Assembly: GCA_963798915.1 (NCBI GenBank)
Contig: CAWCVB010000001.1
Location: 96,001-160,000 of the forward strand
DNA: 64,000 nucleotides
Direction: 5' to 3'
From: an uncultured Gemmatimonadales bacterium
GTDB lineage: Bacteria > Gemmatimonadota > Gemmatimonadetes > Gemmatimonadales > GWC2-71-9
Positions 11,901-21,337 of the stretch are shown here, one piece after another (the first letter of the stretch is position 1; every line of letters begins with the position of its first letter). The position numbers were made by a program, and so were the translations under genes. The notes below the pieces were generated by a model, which did no database searches, was not told the origin of the DNA, and saw nothing but the letters and a program-made list of their open reading frames with translations.

Positions 11901-13874
11901 TGGTCTGCACCCGCTGGGACCCCGAGCGATAGACCAGATGCAGATCCCTCGGCTTGTCACGCGTGACAAACCCCGGGATGGTCTGAGTCAGGAAGGTCTC
12001 GCCGCATTGGAAGGGTCCGAAGGCGGCGCACTCGCCCATGTCGCGCTTGAGGAAGCTGGCGAGCGGGGTGAGCGCCAGGTGCGTGGGCGGACCCGTCGGC
12101 AGATGGACAAAGCGGGCACGCACGGATGACCGATGCCCCGTCGAGTCGGCAATGCTGGCCACGATCTCGTTCCAGCCGCCGGAGTCGGCAAAGGGACAGC
12201 CCTCCACGTAGGCATGCAGCAGGGAGCTGCTGTTGGGCAGGGTGACCGTCGATTGCAGCTGGGTCAGCGAGGCCACCACCACGCCGCTGGCCACGCTCTG
12301 GCCGTTGTTGACGATCAGCGTGTCGTTGAGCCAGATCTTGAGCGTTGCCGTATTGATAGCACCGGGATCGGGCACCCGCGCATTCCATGTCGCCGGCTGC
12401 AACGCCTTGCCGAGTTGCCCTCGCGATTCGGCTCCGCCAGAGCGGGGTCGGCTCGGCAGTGCCGGTCACCGGCCGGGGCCAGTTGATCCCTGGCTGCAGC
12501 GGCGGCCACATCCCTCCATCCGGCACCGCATCGAACGCCAGGTCTCCGTAGGGGTACCCGGTCCAGAGCGTGTCCGTCGGGCTCGTGCCGGTCCACCAGT
12601 TGTAGTTGAAGTCCTCGCCATCGATGTAGCCGTAGTCCGCACACGTCGTGGGATCGGTGTCGCTGTGATCGACCGTGATCGTCTTGATGCTGAGGAGATC
12701 ATTGGCGCTGACCGATGCCGCGAAGACCAGGCCCCCGGGCAAGCCATTCGCGGCCGGTTGGGACAGAAAGCTGGACGGCTGATCGATCCTGATCTCCGGT
12801 GCACTCTGCTGCTCGGGACAGCCACGCAGTTCGGGCGGCGGCAGCGGCAGCCCGCCGAGCAGGCCCACAATACCGAAACCGTCAGGAAGCGGGAGCGAAT
12901 CGTCCAGCTCCCAGGTGCTGGAGCCGACCTGGTAGAAACCTGTCTGGAAGTATTCGCACCGGGCGACCGTAGCCTTGCAGGCGTACGTCTTCCAGGTGTA
13001 GGTGCCGCCCGAGAGCCGGAGACGCGGAATACCCAGCCGCCGACTTGGTGATCGAACTGGTCACCTCCTGGGTCCCCATCCAGACCCGGACTGATGCGAG
13101 GTTGACGGGCTGCTGTGAACGACGCCTGCATGGGAACGTTGAAACTGCGCACGCCATCGTCAGCAGGGATCACGTGGGCCACGATCGGCTCGCCAATGAC
13201 CGAGAAGCTCCGGAGCTCGGTATCATCCAGCACCTCGGTGCCGCCGCCGGATGACGGCGACATCTGCGGCGATACCTGCGATGTGGACTGCGCCACCAGG
13301 GGATCACCACCACTGCTCACGCCGTAGAGCTTGACGGTCACCGACCCGGTGCCGAGGCCGTAGCCATGCACCGTAATCGAGGCATTGGAATACCCGCCGG
13401 CGCCGAGCGGCTTGAGGTCGCCGGGCGACGCATCGGTACACCGTACCTGGCTGGTGGCCGTGCAGGTAATGCGGAAGGAGCCGGCCGTCGCCGTGTAGTT
13501 GTGGACCTGGACGGTGACGACCAAGGTGCTTTCGACCGCGATCGTCTTGGGCGGATTGAACAGGCTGACATTGAAGTGCGCCTCAGTGCCGATGATCTGT
13601 GGCGCTGCCACTGCCATGCCCTTTACCCTGCCCGCCGGCCTGCGCCCGTGCCGCGGACGGTAGGACAATGCTGAAGAGCGCCAGCGCCAGAGCAGGCTTC
13701 CTGAACGGACCGGTCACACGGGTCTCCATGGAGAGGATGCCCTTGGAAGGGCAGAGCCCGTACCACACCATCGACGTGCCTATGGCCTTGATTCACAACG
13801 ACTTCAGCCAGCCAGCCTGTCGCATTTGTCGCAATTGTCGCATCCGCTGACGGGTGGAATGCGACGTTTGCAAC

Positions 13875-13946
13875 AATCCACAGATGCACCGATTTCACCG
13901 ATGAATTCCGCAAACCGATCGGCGCAATCGGTGTCATCTGTGGACC
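13875..13946. repeat. GxxExxY-type inverted repeat at the right edge of the RHS island
   Basis: aatccacagatgcaccgatttcaccgatg is nearly identical to 6550-6579. Inverted mate aatcggtgtcatctgtggac. Confidence 0.72.
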
Positions 13947-14007
13947 AAACTGCGTAATCAGTGCACCCGCCGTATACTGTGGGATACCCGCGCTCAGGGC
14001 AAGCTGC

Positions 14008-14068
14008 AGGTCGCTGGTCGATGACGACTGACGACTGACGACTGACGACTGATAACCGTCGACCACCT
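14008..14068. repeat. Heptamer tandem repeat (TGACGAC)n
   Basis: ggtcgctggtcgatgacgactgacgactgacgactgacgactgataaccgtcgaccacc. Confidence 0.8.
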
Positions 14069-14139
14069 ACGCCCCATGCCCTGCTTATAATCCCATAGTC
14101 GCGTCACCCCTGGCGCAGCCATTCTGCCACGGACCTCGC

Positions 14140-15051
14140 ATGCCTGCACTGCGCTCCATTCTCGACCCGCTCTGGCGGGCACTGAACGCCCCCATCGCCA
14201 ATTCGCCCTTCACGCTGCTGAAGCTGCTGATCATCCTGCTCGCCCTGGGTCTGCTGATCTGGGCGGTGGGGCGGGCGACCCGCTGGCTGGTGGAACGCAT
14301 CTTCGTGCGCCGAGGGGTGGATCCGGGCGTGGCTCAGGCGGTCGGGACGCTGATTCGCTATGGCGCGGTCACCATCGGTTTCGTGGTCATCCTGCAGAGC
14401 GCCGGCATCGACCTCACCGCCTTCACGGTGCTCTTCGGCGCCCTGGGCGTGGGCATCGGCTTCGGCCTCCAGAACATTGCCAACAATTTTGTGAGCGGGC
14501 TGGTGCTGCTGTTCGAGCGTCCGGTCAAGATCGGTGACCGGGTGGTGGTGGGCGACGTGACCGGCACGGTCCGCCAGATCGGCGCCCGGGCCACGGTCGT
14601 AGTGACCAACGACAACATCGCGATCGTGGTGCCCAACTCGGAGTTCATCTCCGAACGGGTGATCAACTGGAGTCTCACCGGTGCGCTGGTCCGGCTCAGC
14701 ATCAACGTCGGGGTGTCCTACGCCGCCGATCCGGAGCAGGTGCGGGAGGTGCTGATGCGGGTGGCCCAGGCGAGTGATGTGGTGGAACAGTCGCCGGCGC
14801 CGGAGGTGCGCTTTCTCGAGTTCGGCGAGAGCTCGCTCAATTTCCAGCTGCTGGTCTGGACCCGGCAACATATCGCGACCCCCGACGTGCTCCGGAGCCG
14901 GATGAATTTTGCCATCGCCGCCGCCTTCCGCAGTGCGGGCGTGGAAATCCCCTTCCCCCAGCGGGATCTGCATATCCGGTCAGGGGTGCTGGAGGTGAGG
15001 CTCGACAGGACGCGCATGGCGGGCGGGACGGGCATGACGGGCGGGAGCTGA
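14140..15051 (+). CDS. Small-conductance mechanosensitive channel (MscS family)
   Basis: Motifs GALGVGIGFGLQNIANNFVSGL, FERPVKIGD, VPNSEFI, GVEIPFPQRD. Confidence 0.95.
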   Translation: MPALRSILDPLWRALNAPIANSPFTLLKLLIILLALGLLIWAVGRATRWLVERIFVRRGVDPGVAQAVGTLIRYGAVTIGFVVILQSAGIDLTAFTVLFGALGVGIGFGLQNIANNFVSGLVLLFERPVKIGDRVVVGDVTGTVRQIGARATVVVTNDNIAIVVPNSEFISERVINWSLTGALVRLSINVGVSYAADPEQVREVLMRVAQASDVVEQSPAPEVRFLEFGESSLNFQLLVWTRQHIATPDVLRSRMNFAIAAAFRSAGVEIPFPQRDLHIRSGVLEVRLDRTRMAGGTGMTGGS

Positions 15052-15239
15052 GAGTTGAGGGTTACGACGTGAGGTTCGGCGAGATGGACGGGCCGAAAGT
15101 AACAGCATGTCACCCGAGCAACGCACCGTGTCGTCCAGAGCAAAGCGAGGGAGGACACACCGCCCCGCCCGTCTTGCCCGCCCTGCCGAGCCGGATCTGG
15201 CGAAGCGCTCAGCCGGGGCGTAGGTTGGGGGGCCATTTA

Positions 15240-15398
15240 TGGTCGTCAGTCGTCGGTCGTCGGTCTTCATTGCGAGGCAGCGTCAGTCTCCTTCAGCGAG
15301 CACCGCGAGCGAAGGGCCGGACGCCCGAGTGAGCTTCGGTCCCCTCACTATGCTCGGATGACATGCCGCGACGACCGACGACCGACGATCGACGACCT
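15240..15398. repeat. Nested repeat: inverted heptamer tracts enclosing a degenerate REP-like element
   Basis: ggtcgtcagtcgtcggtcgtcggtc on the left, cagcgagcaccgcgagcgaagggccgga...ctcggatgaca inside, cgacgaccgacgaccgacgatcgacgacc on the right. Confidence 0.72.
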
Positions 15399-15421
15399 CC
15401 CAGCCCTCAACGCTGAGCCAC

Positions 15422-16654
15422 ATGACTAAGTCCAAGCTCTCCACCATGATGTTCCTGCAGTACTTCGTCTGGGGCGCCTGGTTCGTCACCATGGGTACTT
15501 ATCTGGGCCAGACGCTGCACTTCACCGGACGCGAGGTGGGGCTGGCCTACGGCGCCACGGCCATCGCCGCGCTGGTGTCGCCCTTCTTTATCGGGATCGT
15601 GGCCGACCGGTTCTTCGCCACCGAAAAGCTGCTCGCCATCCTGCATCTGGCCGGCGGCGTGATTCTCTGGTATGCCTCGACGCTGACGACGTTCGGCACC
15701 TTCTACCCGGTGCTGATTCTCTACGCCCTCTGCTACATGCCGACGCTGTCGCTGTCCAATTCCATCTCGTTCCACCACGTGCAGGATCCCGCCCGCGAGT
15801 TCCCCTTCATCCGGGTGCTCGGCACCATCGGCTGGATCGTGGCGGGCATCCTGATCGGCAAGGTGCTGCACGCCGATGCCCTGGCCCTGCCCATGCGGGT
15901 GGCCGCGGGCGCGTCCATCCTGCTGGGGCTCTATTCGTTCGGCCTGCCCCACACACCGCCCAGGGCGGCCGGCTCACCCTTCAGCGTGCGGGACGCGCTG
16001 GGGCTCGATGCGCTGGGCCTGCTCAAGGACCGCTCGTTCCTGGTCTTCGTGCTGGGCTCGTTCCTGCTCTGCATCCCGCTCCAGTTCTACTACACCTTCG
16101 CCAATCCGTACCTCAACGAGGTGGGCGCCCCCGATCCAGCGTTCATCCAGACCTTCGGCCAGATGAGCGAGCTGATCTTCATGCTCTTCCTGGCGTTCTT
16201 CCTCAAGCGATTCGGCATCAAGGTGATCATGCTGGCCGGCATGGCGGCGTGGGCGCTCCGCTACCTGGCCTTCGGTTATGGCGCGTCGGGGCCAGTGATG
16301 CCGCTGATCTACATCGGCATCCTGCTGCACGGGATCTGCTACGATTTCTTCTTCGTGAGCGGGCAGATCTATACCGATGAAAAGGCCGGGCCGAAGATCC
16401 GGGCCGCGGCCCAGGGCTTCATCAACTTCGTGACCAACGGCGTGGGCTACTTCATCGGCGCCTTTGTGAGCGGCGCCGTGGTGGACCGCTACGCCAGCTG
16501 CCAGGGCGGAGGCGCGCTCGAAGGATGTGCCGCCGTGACCCACGACTGGCACGCCATCTGGCTGGTGCCGGCTGCCGGTGCGGCGGTGGTGTTCGTTCTT
16601 TTCGCGCTGACGTTCAGGCCATCGAGACGGCTGGAGCCCGAAGGCAAGAACTAG
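15422..16654 (+). CDS. MFS nucleoside:H+ symporter family permease (NupG/XapB-like)
   Basis: Motifs [42 protein letters not shown]. About 12 TM segments. Confidence 0.93.
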   Translation: MTKSKLSTMMFLQYFVWGAWFVTMGTYLGQTLHFTGREVGLAYGATAIAALVSPFFIGIVADRFFATEKLLAILHLAGGVILWYASTLTTFGTFYPVLILYALCYMPTLSLSNSISFHHVQDPAREFPFIRVLGTIGWIVAGILIGKVLHADALALPMRVAAGASILLGLYSFGLPHTPPRAAGSPFSVRDALGLDALGLLKDRSFLVFVLGSFLLCIPLQFYYTFANPYLNEVGAPDPAFIQTFGQMSELIFMLFLAFFLKRFGIKVIMLAGMAAWALRYLAFGYGASGPVMPLIYIGILLHGICYDFFFVSGQIYTDEKAGPKIRAAAQGFINFVTNGVGYFIGAFVSGAVVDRYASCQGGGALEGCAAVTHDWHAIWLVPAAGAAVVFVLFALTFRPSRRLEPEGKN

Positions 16655-16720
16655 CCGTCTCGCCGTCTTACCGTCTAGCCGTCACTTGACGATCTATGAC
16701 ATTCCAAGGAGCTCCCTCGC

Positions 16721-18061
16721 ATGCCCACCAAGCCCCTCTCCCGTCGCACCTTCGTCGGCACCTCGGCCGCCGCGGCCAGTGCCTTCACCATCGTGCCGCG
16801 CCATGTGCTGGGTGGCCCCGGATTCATCGCGCCGAGCGACAAGCTCAATGTGGCGTGCATCGGGGTGGGCGGCATGGGCCGGAACGACGTCGACGGGATG
16901 AGCGGCGAGAATATCTACGCGCTGTGCGATGTGGACTGGAAGGCCGCCGAGGACGCCTTCCGCAGCTTTCCCAAGGCCAAGCGGTTCAAGGACTATCGCG
17001 AGCTGTTCGACAAGGAAGCGCAGAACATAGACCTCGTCACCGTCTCGACGCCCGACCACAGCCATGCGCCGGCCGCCATGCTCGCGCTCAAGCACGACAA
17101 GCCGACCTACACGCAGAAGCCGCTGGCACGGACACTCCACGAAGTGCGTGCACTGGGCGACGAAGCGCGAAAGCGGAAGCTGCACACCCAGATGGGCAAC
17201 CAGGGTCACGCCGGTGACGGCATGCGGGTGCTGCGCGAGATGGTCGAAGCCGGACTGATCGGCACCGTGCGCGAGGTGCACTACTGGACCAACCGCCCCA
17301 TCTGGCCCCAGGGACTGGACCGCCCCACCGAGCTGCACGCGCCACCCTCGACCCTCGACTGGAATCTCTGGCTCGGTCCCCGTCCCGATCGGCCCTACAA
17401 CCCGGCCTACATGCCGTTCAAGTGGCGCGGGTGGTGGGACTTCGGCACCGGCGCGCTGGGCGACATGGCCTGTCACGGCATGGACGCGGCCTTCTGGATT
17501 CTGGACCTCGGCTTCCCCGATCGCATCATCCCGGAATCCACCGAGCTCTACACCGAGTCGGCACCCAAGTCGGAGCGCATCGAATATCAGTTCGGCGCCA
17601 AGGGGGGACGCGGCCCCATCAAGGTGGTCTGGCGCGACGGCGACCTGCGCCCGCCCCGTCCGGTGGGCTACGCCGACGACGCGGACTGGCCCTTTGCCGA
17701 TATCGGTGGGCAGCTCTGGATCGGCGACAAGGGTGGGATCCTGGCCGGCATCTACGCTGAAAAGCCCCGGCTGCTCGACGAGAAACGGCAGAAGGAGCTC
17801 GAAGCCAATCCGCTGCCGCAGAAGTATCCCCGGTCCAAGGGCGTGTACGCCGAGATCATTGATGCGGCCAAGGGTGGCCCGCCGGCGCTCTCCACCTTTG
17901 ACGGCCACGCCGGCGCACTGACCCAGATGGTATTGCTCGGCTGCCTCGCGGTGCGGGCGGGCAAGACGCTGGAACTGAACAGCAAGACCGGCATGATTAC
18001 CAACGTGACGCTGCCGGAAGAGTGGGTGAAGCCGGGGTTCAGGGACGGGTGGATGGTGTAG
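16721..18061 (+). CDS. Tat-exported Gfo/Idh/MocA family oxidoreductase
   Basis: SRRTFV Tat signal. Motifs IGVGGMG, STPDHSHA, QKPL, GALGDMACH. Confidence 0.93.
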   Translation: MPTKPLSRRTFVGTSAAAASAFTIVPRHVLGGPGFIAPSDKLNVACIGVGGMGRNDVDGMSGENIYALCDVDWKAAEDAFRSFPKAKRFKDYRELFDKEAQNIDLVTVSTPDHSHAPAAMLALKHDKPTYTQKPLARTLHEVRALGDEARKRKLHTQMGNQGHAGDGMRVLREMVEAGLIGTVREVHYWTNRPIWPQGLDRPTELHAPPSTLDWNLWLGPRPDRPYNPAYMPFKWRGWWDFGTGALGDMACHGMDAAFWILDLGFPDRIIPESTELYTESAPKSERIEYQFGAKGGRGPIKVVWRDGDLRPPRPVGYADDADWPFADIGGQLWIGDKGGILAGIYAEKPRLLDEKRQKELEANPLPQKYPRSKGVYAEIIDAAKGGPPALSTFDGHAGALTQMVLLGCLAVRAGKTLELNSKTGMITNVTLPEEWVKPGFRDGWMV

Positions 18062-18067
18062 GAGAGA

Positions 18068-18150
18068 GGTCGTCGGTCGTCAGTCAGTCAGGTCGACGGT
18101 CGTCGGTCGTCGGTCGTCGGTCGTCGGTCGTCGGTCGTCGGTCGTCGGTC
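18068..18150. repeat. Heptamer tandem repeat (GGTCGTC)n, left bracket of the GIY-YIG cassette
   Basis: About 7 perfect GGTCGTC copies at 18098-18150, plus degenerate copies. Confidence 0.9.
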
Positions 18151-18159
18151 TGCGAGATC

Positions 18160-18992
18160 TGTCATCCTGAGCGAAGCGAAGGATCTACCCGCCCTGATCC
18201 GGAAGCAGCCAGGCCGATCCTTCGGCCGCTCCGCGGCCTCTGGATGACAGCAGGTGACGTCCACGGGCCGACGCCGCGCCGATGTCATCCTGAGCGAAGC
18301 GAAGGATCTACGCGCCCCGATCCGGAAGCAGCCAGGCCGATCCTTCGGCCGCTCCGCGGCCTCTGGATGACAGCAGGTGACGTCCACGGGCCGACGCCGC
18401 GCCGATGTCATCCTGAGCGAAGCGAAGGATCTACGCGCCCCGATCCGGAGGCAGCCAGGCCGATCCTTCGGCCGCTCCGCGGCCTCTGGATGACAGCAGG
18501 TGACGTCCACGGGCCGACGCCGCGCCGATGTCATCCTGAGCGAAGCGAAGGATCTACCCGCCCTGATCCGGAAGCAGCCAGGCCGATCCTTCGGCCGCTC
18601 CGCGGCCTCTGGATGACAGCAGGTGACGTCCACGGGCCGACGCCGCGCCGATGTCATCCTGAGCGAAGCGAAGGATCTACCCGCCCCGATCCGGAAGCAG
18701 CCAGGCAGATCCTTCGGCCGCTCCGCGGCCTCTGGATGACAGCAGGTGACGTCCACGGGCCGACGCCGCGCCGATGTCATCCTGAGCGAAGCGAAGGATC
18801 TACCCGCCCCGATCCGGAAGCAGCCAGGCCGATCCTTCGGCCGCTCCGCGGCCTCTGGATGACAGCAGGTGACGTCCACGGGCCGACGCCGCGCCGATGT
18901 CATCCTGAGCGAAGCGAAGGATCTACCCGCCCCGATCCGGAAGCAGCCAGGCCGATCCTTCGGCCGCTCCGCGGCCTCTGGATGACAGCAGG
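18160..18992. repeat. Tandem array of 7 x 123-bp units (90-bp REP-like palindrome TGTCATCC...GGATGACA + 33-bp linker)
   Basis: Units start at 18160, 18283, 18406, 18529, 18652, 18775 and 18898. Arms are tgtcatcctgagcgaagcgaaggatc and gatccttcggccgctccgcggcctctggatgaca. Only a few SNPs, in the loop. Confidence 0.97.
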
Positions 18993-19068
18993 CGCTCCGC
19001 CGTCGCTGCGCTCGAATGCCACCATGGCCCTTTGACACCGGTGGGACGCCCGCCGGCCATGCTTCGGC

Positions 19069-19371
19069 ATGGCGAAGACCTATTACGTCTATCTCCTGGC
19101 CAGCCACTCACGTGTCATCTATATCGGCGTGACAAGTGACCTGCGGCGACGCATCTGGGAGCACCGGCATGGCATGCGGAGCGGCTTCGCGTCCCGTTAC
19201 CGAGCAACCCATCTGGTCTACTTCGAAGCGACCAATGATGCTCGGAGCGCGATCAGGCGTGAGAAGGAGATCAAGGGTTGGTCGCGCCGCCGCAAGATCT
19301 CGCTGATCGAGACGGCGAATGCCGGCTGGCTCGACCTCGCCGCCGACTGGTTTGGACCTGAGGGAGGTTGA
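19069..19371 (+). CDS. Stand-alone small GIY-YIG nuclease (UPF0213/YhbQ-like)
   Basis: YYVYLL...IYIGVTSDLRRRIWEH...LVYFE...AIRREKEIKGWSRRRK...W.DL, 100 aa. Confidence 0.93.
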   Translation: MAKTYYVYLLASHSRVIYIGVTSDLRRRIWEHRHGMRSGFASRYRATHLVYFEATNDARSAIRREKEIKGWSRRRKISLIETANAGWLDLAADWFGPEGG

Positions 19372-19382
19372 TCCCCGGGAAA

Positions 19383-19498
19383 TATCATTCCGAGTGCAGT
19401 AGGGAATCTTACAGGCCAGGTTCGGACATCGGGCGAGCAGATCCTTCGCTACGCTCAGGATGACACGCTTCGACGACCGACGACCGACGACCGACGAC
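19383..19498. repeat. Solo REP-like palindrome followed by (CGACGAC)n right bracket
   Basis: tatcattccgagtgcagtagggaatct...agatccttcgctacgctcaggatgaca (19383-19465), then cgacgaccgacgaccgacgaccgacgac. Confidence 0.88.
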
Positions 19499-21337
19499 TC
19501 ACCTGTCCGCCCGTCCGCCCGTCCGTCTGTCCGTCTCCCACACCTCCACCCCGCCCCCGCTCCCCCCTAAGAGGAGTTCCGGCGTCCCGTCGCCGTCCAT
19601 GTCGGCCACCGCGGGAATGGCGTTGAACGAACCTTGCAGCACAAACGACTGGTCGAGCCGGAAATCCGGCGCGGTGCGGGTGCCGCCATTGCGATAAAGC
19701 TTCACGTCTCCATTCTCGTTGGCAACCAGCAGGTCCAGGTCACCATCGCCATCGATATCCAGCAGCGCCGGCGCGCTGCGCCGCCCACCCGATACACCGG
19801 CATACTCATCCGACACCAGCGCAAATCTGGGATGCTGCCGAGTGCCGTCGTTCCGGTAGAAGTTGATGCTGCCGGACCCCTCGCCCACGAAGAGATCGAG
19901 GTCGCCGTCGCCATCGACATCCGCCAGCGCCGGCGTGGCGTTGCTGCCGCGAGTGAGCGTGACCACGGCGCTGTCCGCCAGCTCGAAGCGCGACGCGCCA
20001 GCGGCTCCCGTGTTCCGGTACCAGGCCAGAACGTTACGCCAGGTGCCCAGCATCATGTCGGGCCGCCCGTCGCCATCGAGGTCACCCAGCGCCGGCGCGT
20101 AGTTGAAGGTGCCACGGATGGCGAGCGGACCGGCATCGTACCAGTCGGGATGGGTGGCGCTGCCCCGGTTCTCGAAATATTCCAGCGCGCCGGTCCGCGG
20201 ATCATGCTGCGAGAGGCGATTCCCCAGAATCAGGTCGAGGTCGCCGTCCCCATCCACGTCCGCCACTGCCGGCGCGCTCTCCGCACCGATGTCCAGCGAC
20301 GAGAGATAGGTGGTGCTCCGCAGCGCGAAGGCCATGGGCGCCGTCTGCTCGAGATAATACAAGTTGCCGATTGACGTGGTATTGGCGTTGAAGGCGCCGC
20401 CCAGGACGCCCATCAGCACATCCAGATCGCCATCGCCATCGAGATCGCCCACCACCGGCGCGTTGTAGCCGCTGGTGCGGAGCGGTGCGCCCGGCGGGAA
20501 TGACACCGAGTCCTGTCCGATGAGGGGCGACGGGCAGGTGCCGGTGTTCTTGAGCCAGAGCAGCCCCGGCTCGAAGTAGTCGCCCCAGAGGATGTCAGGA
20601 TCGCCATCCCGATCAATGTCGGTGACGATCATGGTGTTGGCGCCATGCATCGAGGGCGCCGGCCCCACGTTGCCGATGATCTGGATGTGCTGGAAGGTGT
20701 CGCTCACGAAGTGAAAGACCGGAATGCCACGCTCGTTGAGCGACGCTGCCCGGTAGTGGGTGACCATCCCGCTGGTCCGACCCATCAGCAGGTCGAGCTT
20801 GCCGTCGCAGTCGATGTCCACCAGCTGGGGAATGTTCTGCCGATCGTTGAAGATGGCTCCGCCCTGGTCGTCCCGCAGAGTGTCAGCGGCAAGGACGTAC
20901 CGCGCCGCCTTGGCCGTCCCGTCGTTCCGGTAGTAGCGGATGTAGCTGAACGGCGTCTCCGCCACCAGGTCGGCGTCGCCATCGCCATCCACATCCACGA
21001 ACCGGCTCCACTCCCCGATGTCGAGATCCTGGTAGCGGTCACTGCGCCAGGCGAACGCCGGCGTCCTGGCGCTGCCAGTGTTCTCGAAGAACATCTGGCG
21101 ACCGGTGTATTCCTGGAGGAAGAGATCCAGGTCGCCATCGTCATCGATGTCCACCAGCTGGGGCCGGGGATTATTGAGACCGCCGAGAAAGGGGAACTGG
21201 TATGGATGGCCGGCGGTGTCATGAACGGGAAAGGCGTCCACCACCCGCGTGAAGACCGCGTCCCGGCGACTTGGCATCGCGGCGGCAAGGAGAATCCCTG
21301 CCGCCGCGGTGAGGAAGAGTGGAAAACGCGACGTCAC
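19499..21337 (-). CDS. Secreted FG-GAP/VCBS repeat protein
   Basis: Signal peptide. Many P.(L/V).D.DGDGD.DL..G repeats, often followed by Y.N.G motifs. Confidence 0.9.
   Translation of the reverse strand: MTSRFPLFLTAAAGILLAAAMPSRRDAVFTRVVDAFPVHDTAGHPYQFPFLGGLNNPRPQLVDIDDDGDLDLFLQEYTGRQMFFENTGSARTPAFAWRSDRYQDLDIGEWSRFVDVDGDGDADLVAETPFSYIRYYRNDGTAKAARYVLAADTLRDDQGGAIFNDRQNIPQLVDIDCDGKLDLLMGRTSGMVTHYRAASLNERGIPVFHFVSDTFQHIQIIGNVGPAPSMHGANTMIVTDIDRDGDPDILWGDYFEPGLLWLKNTGTCPSPLIGQDSVSFPPGAPLRTSGYNAPVVGDLDGDGDLDVLMGVLGGAFNANTTSIGNLYYLEQTAPMAFALRSTTYLSSLDIGAESAPAVADVDGDGDLDLILGNRLSQHDPRTGALEYFENRGSATHPDWYDAGPLAIRGTFNYAPALGDLDGDGRPDMMLGTWRNVLAWYRNTGAAGASRFELADSAVVTLTRGSNATPALADVDGDGDLDLFVGEGSGSINFYRNDGTRQHPRFALVSDEYAGVSGGRRSAPALLDIDGDGDLDLLVANENGDVKLYRNGGTRTAPDFRLDQSFVLQGSFNAIPAVADMDGDGTPELLLGGSGGGVEVWETDRRTGGRADR

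Larger units (their letters stand above)
8077..13729 (-). pseudogene. Large secreted RHS/YD-repeat protein, multiply frameshifted, no C-terminal toxin domain
   Basis: Signal peptide METRVTG...LALALFSIVLPSAARA. YD-type repeats (YTDALNR-like, YDALSR, YDSYGR, YDAKGR) are spread over many frames. RHS core GYVYLRNRWYDPQTGRFLSQDPIGLAGGVNLYAYAGNNPV, then after a frameshift FTDPFGLCPPD* (TGA at 8079-8077). Confidence 0.85.

Noticed and set aside
18160..18992. CRISPR array
   Set aside because: The 33-bp linkers are identical rather than unique spacers, the repeat is 90 bp, and no cas genes are present.
19032..19063. Sigma70 promoter TTGACA...CATGCT for a leaderless GIY-YIG mRNA
   Set aside because: The 20-bp spacing is too long to call with confidence.
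18022..19107. 337/339-aa repeat ORFs (CHPERSEGS...) across the array
   Set aside because: They are open only because the unit (123 bp) is a multiple of 3. These are typical spurious translations of palindromic repeats, with no evident RBS.
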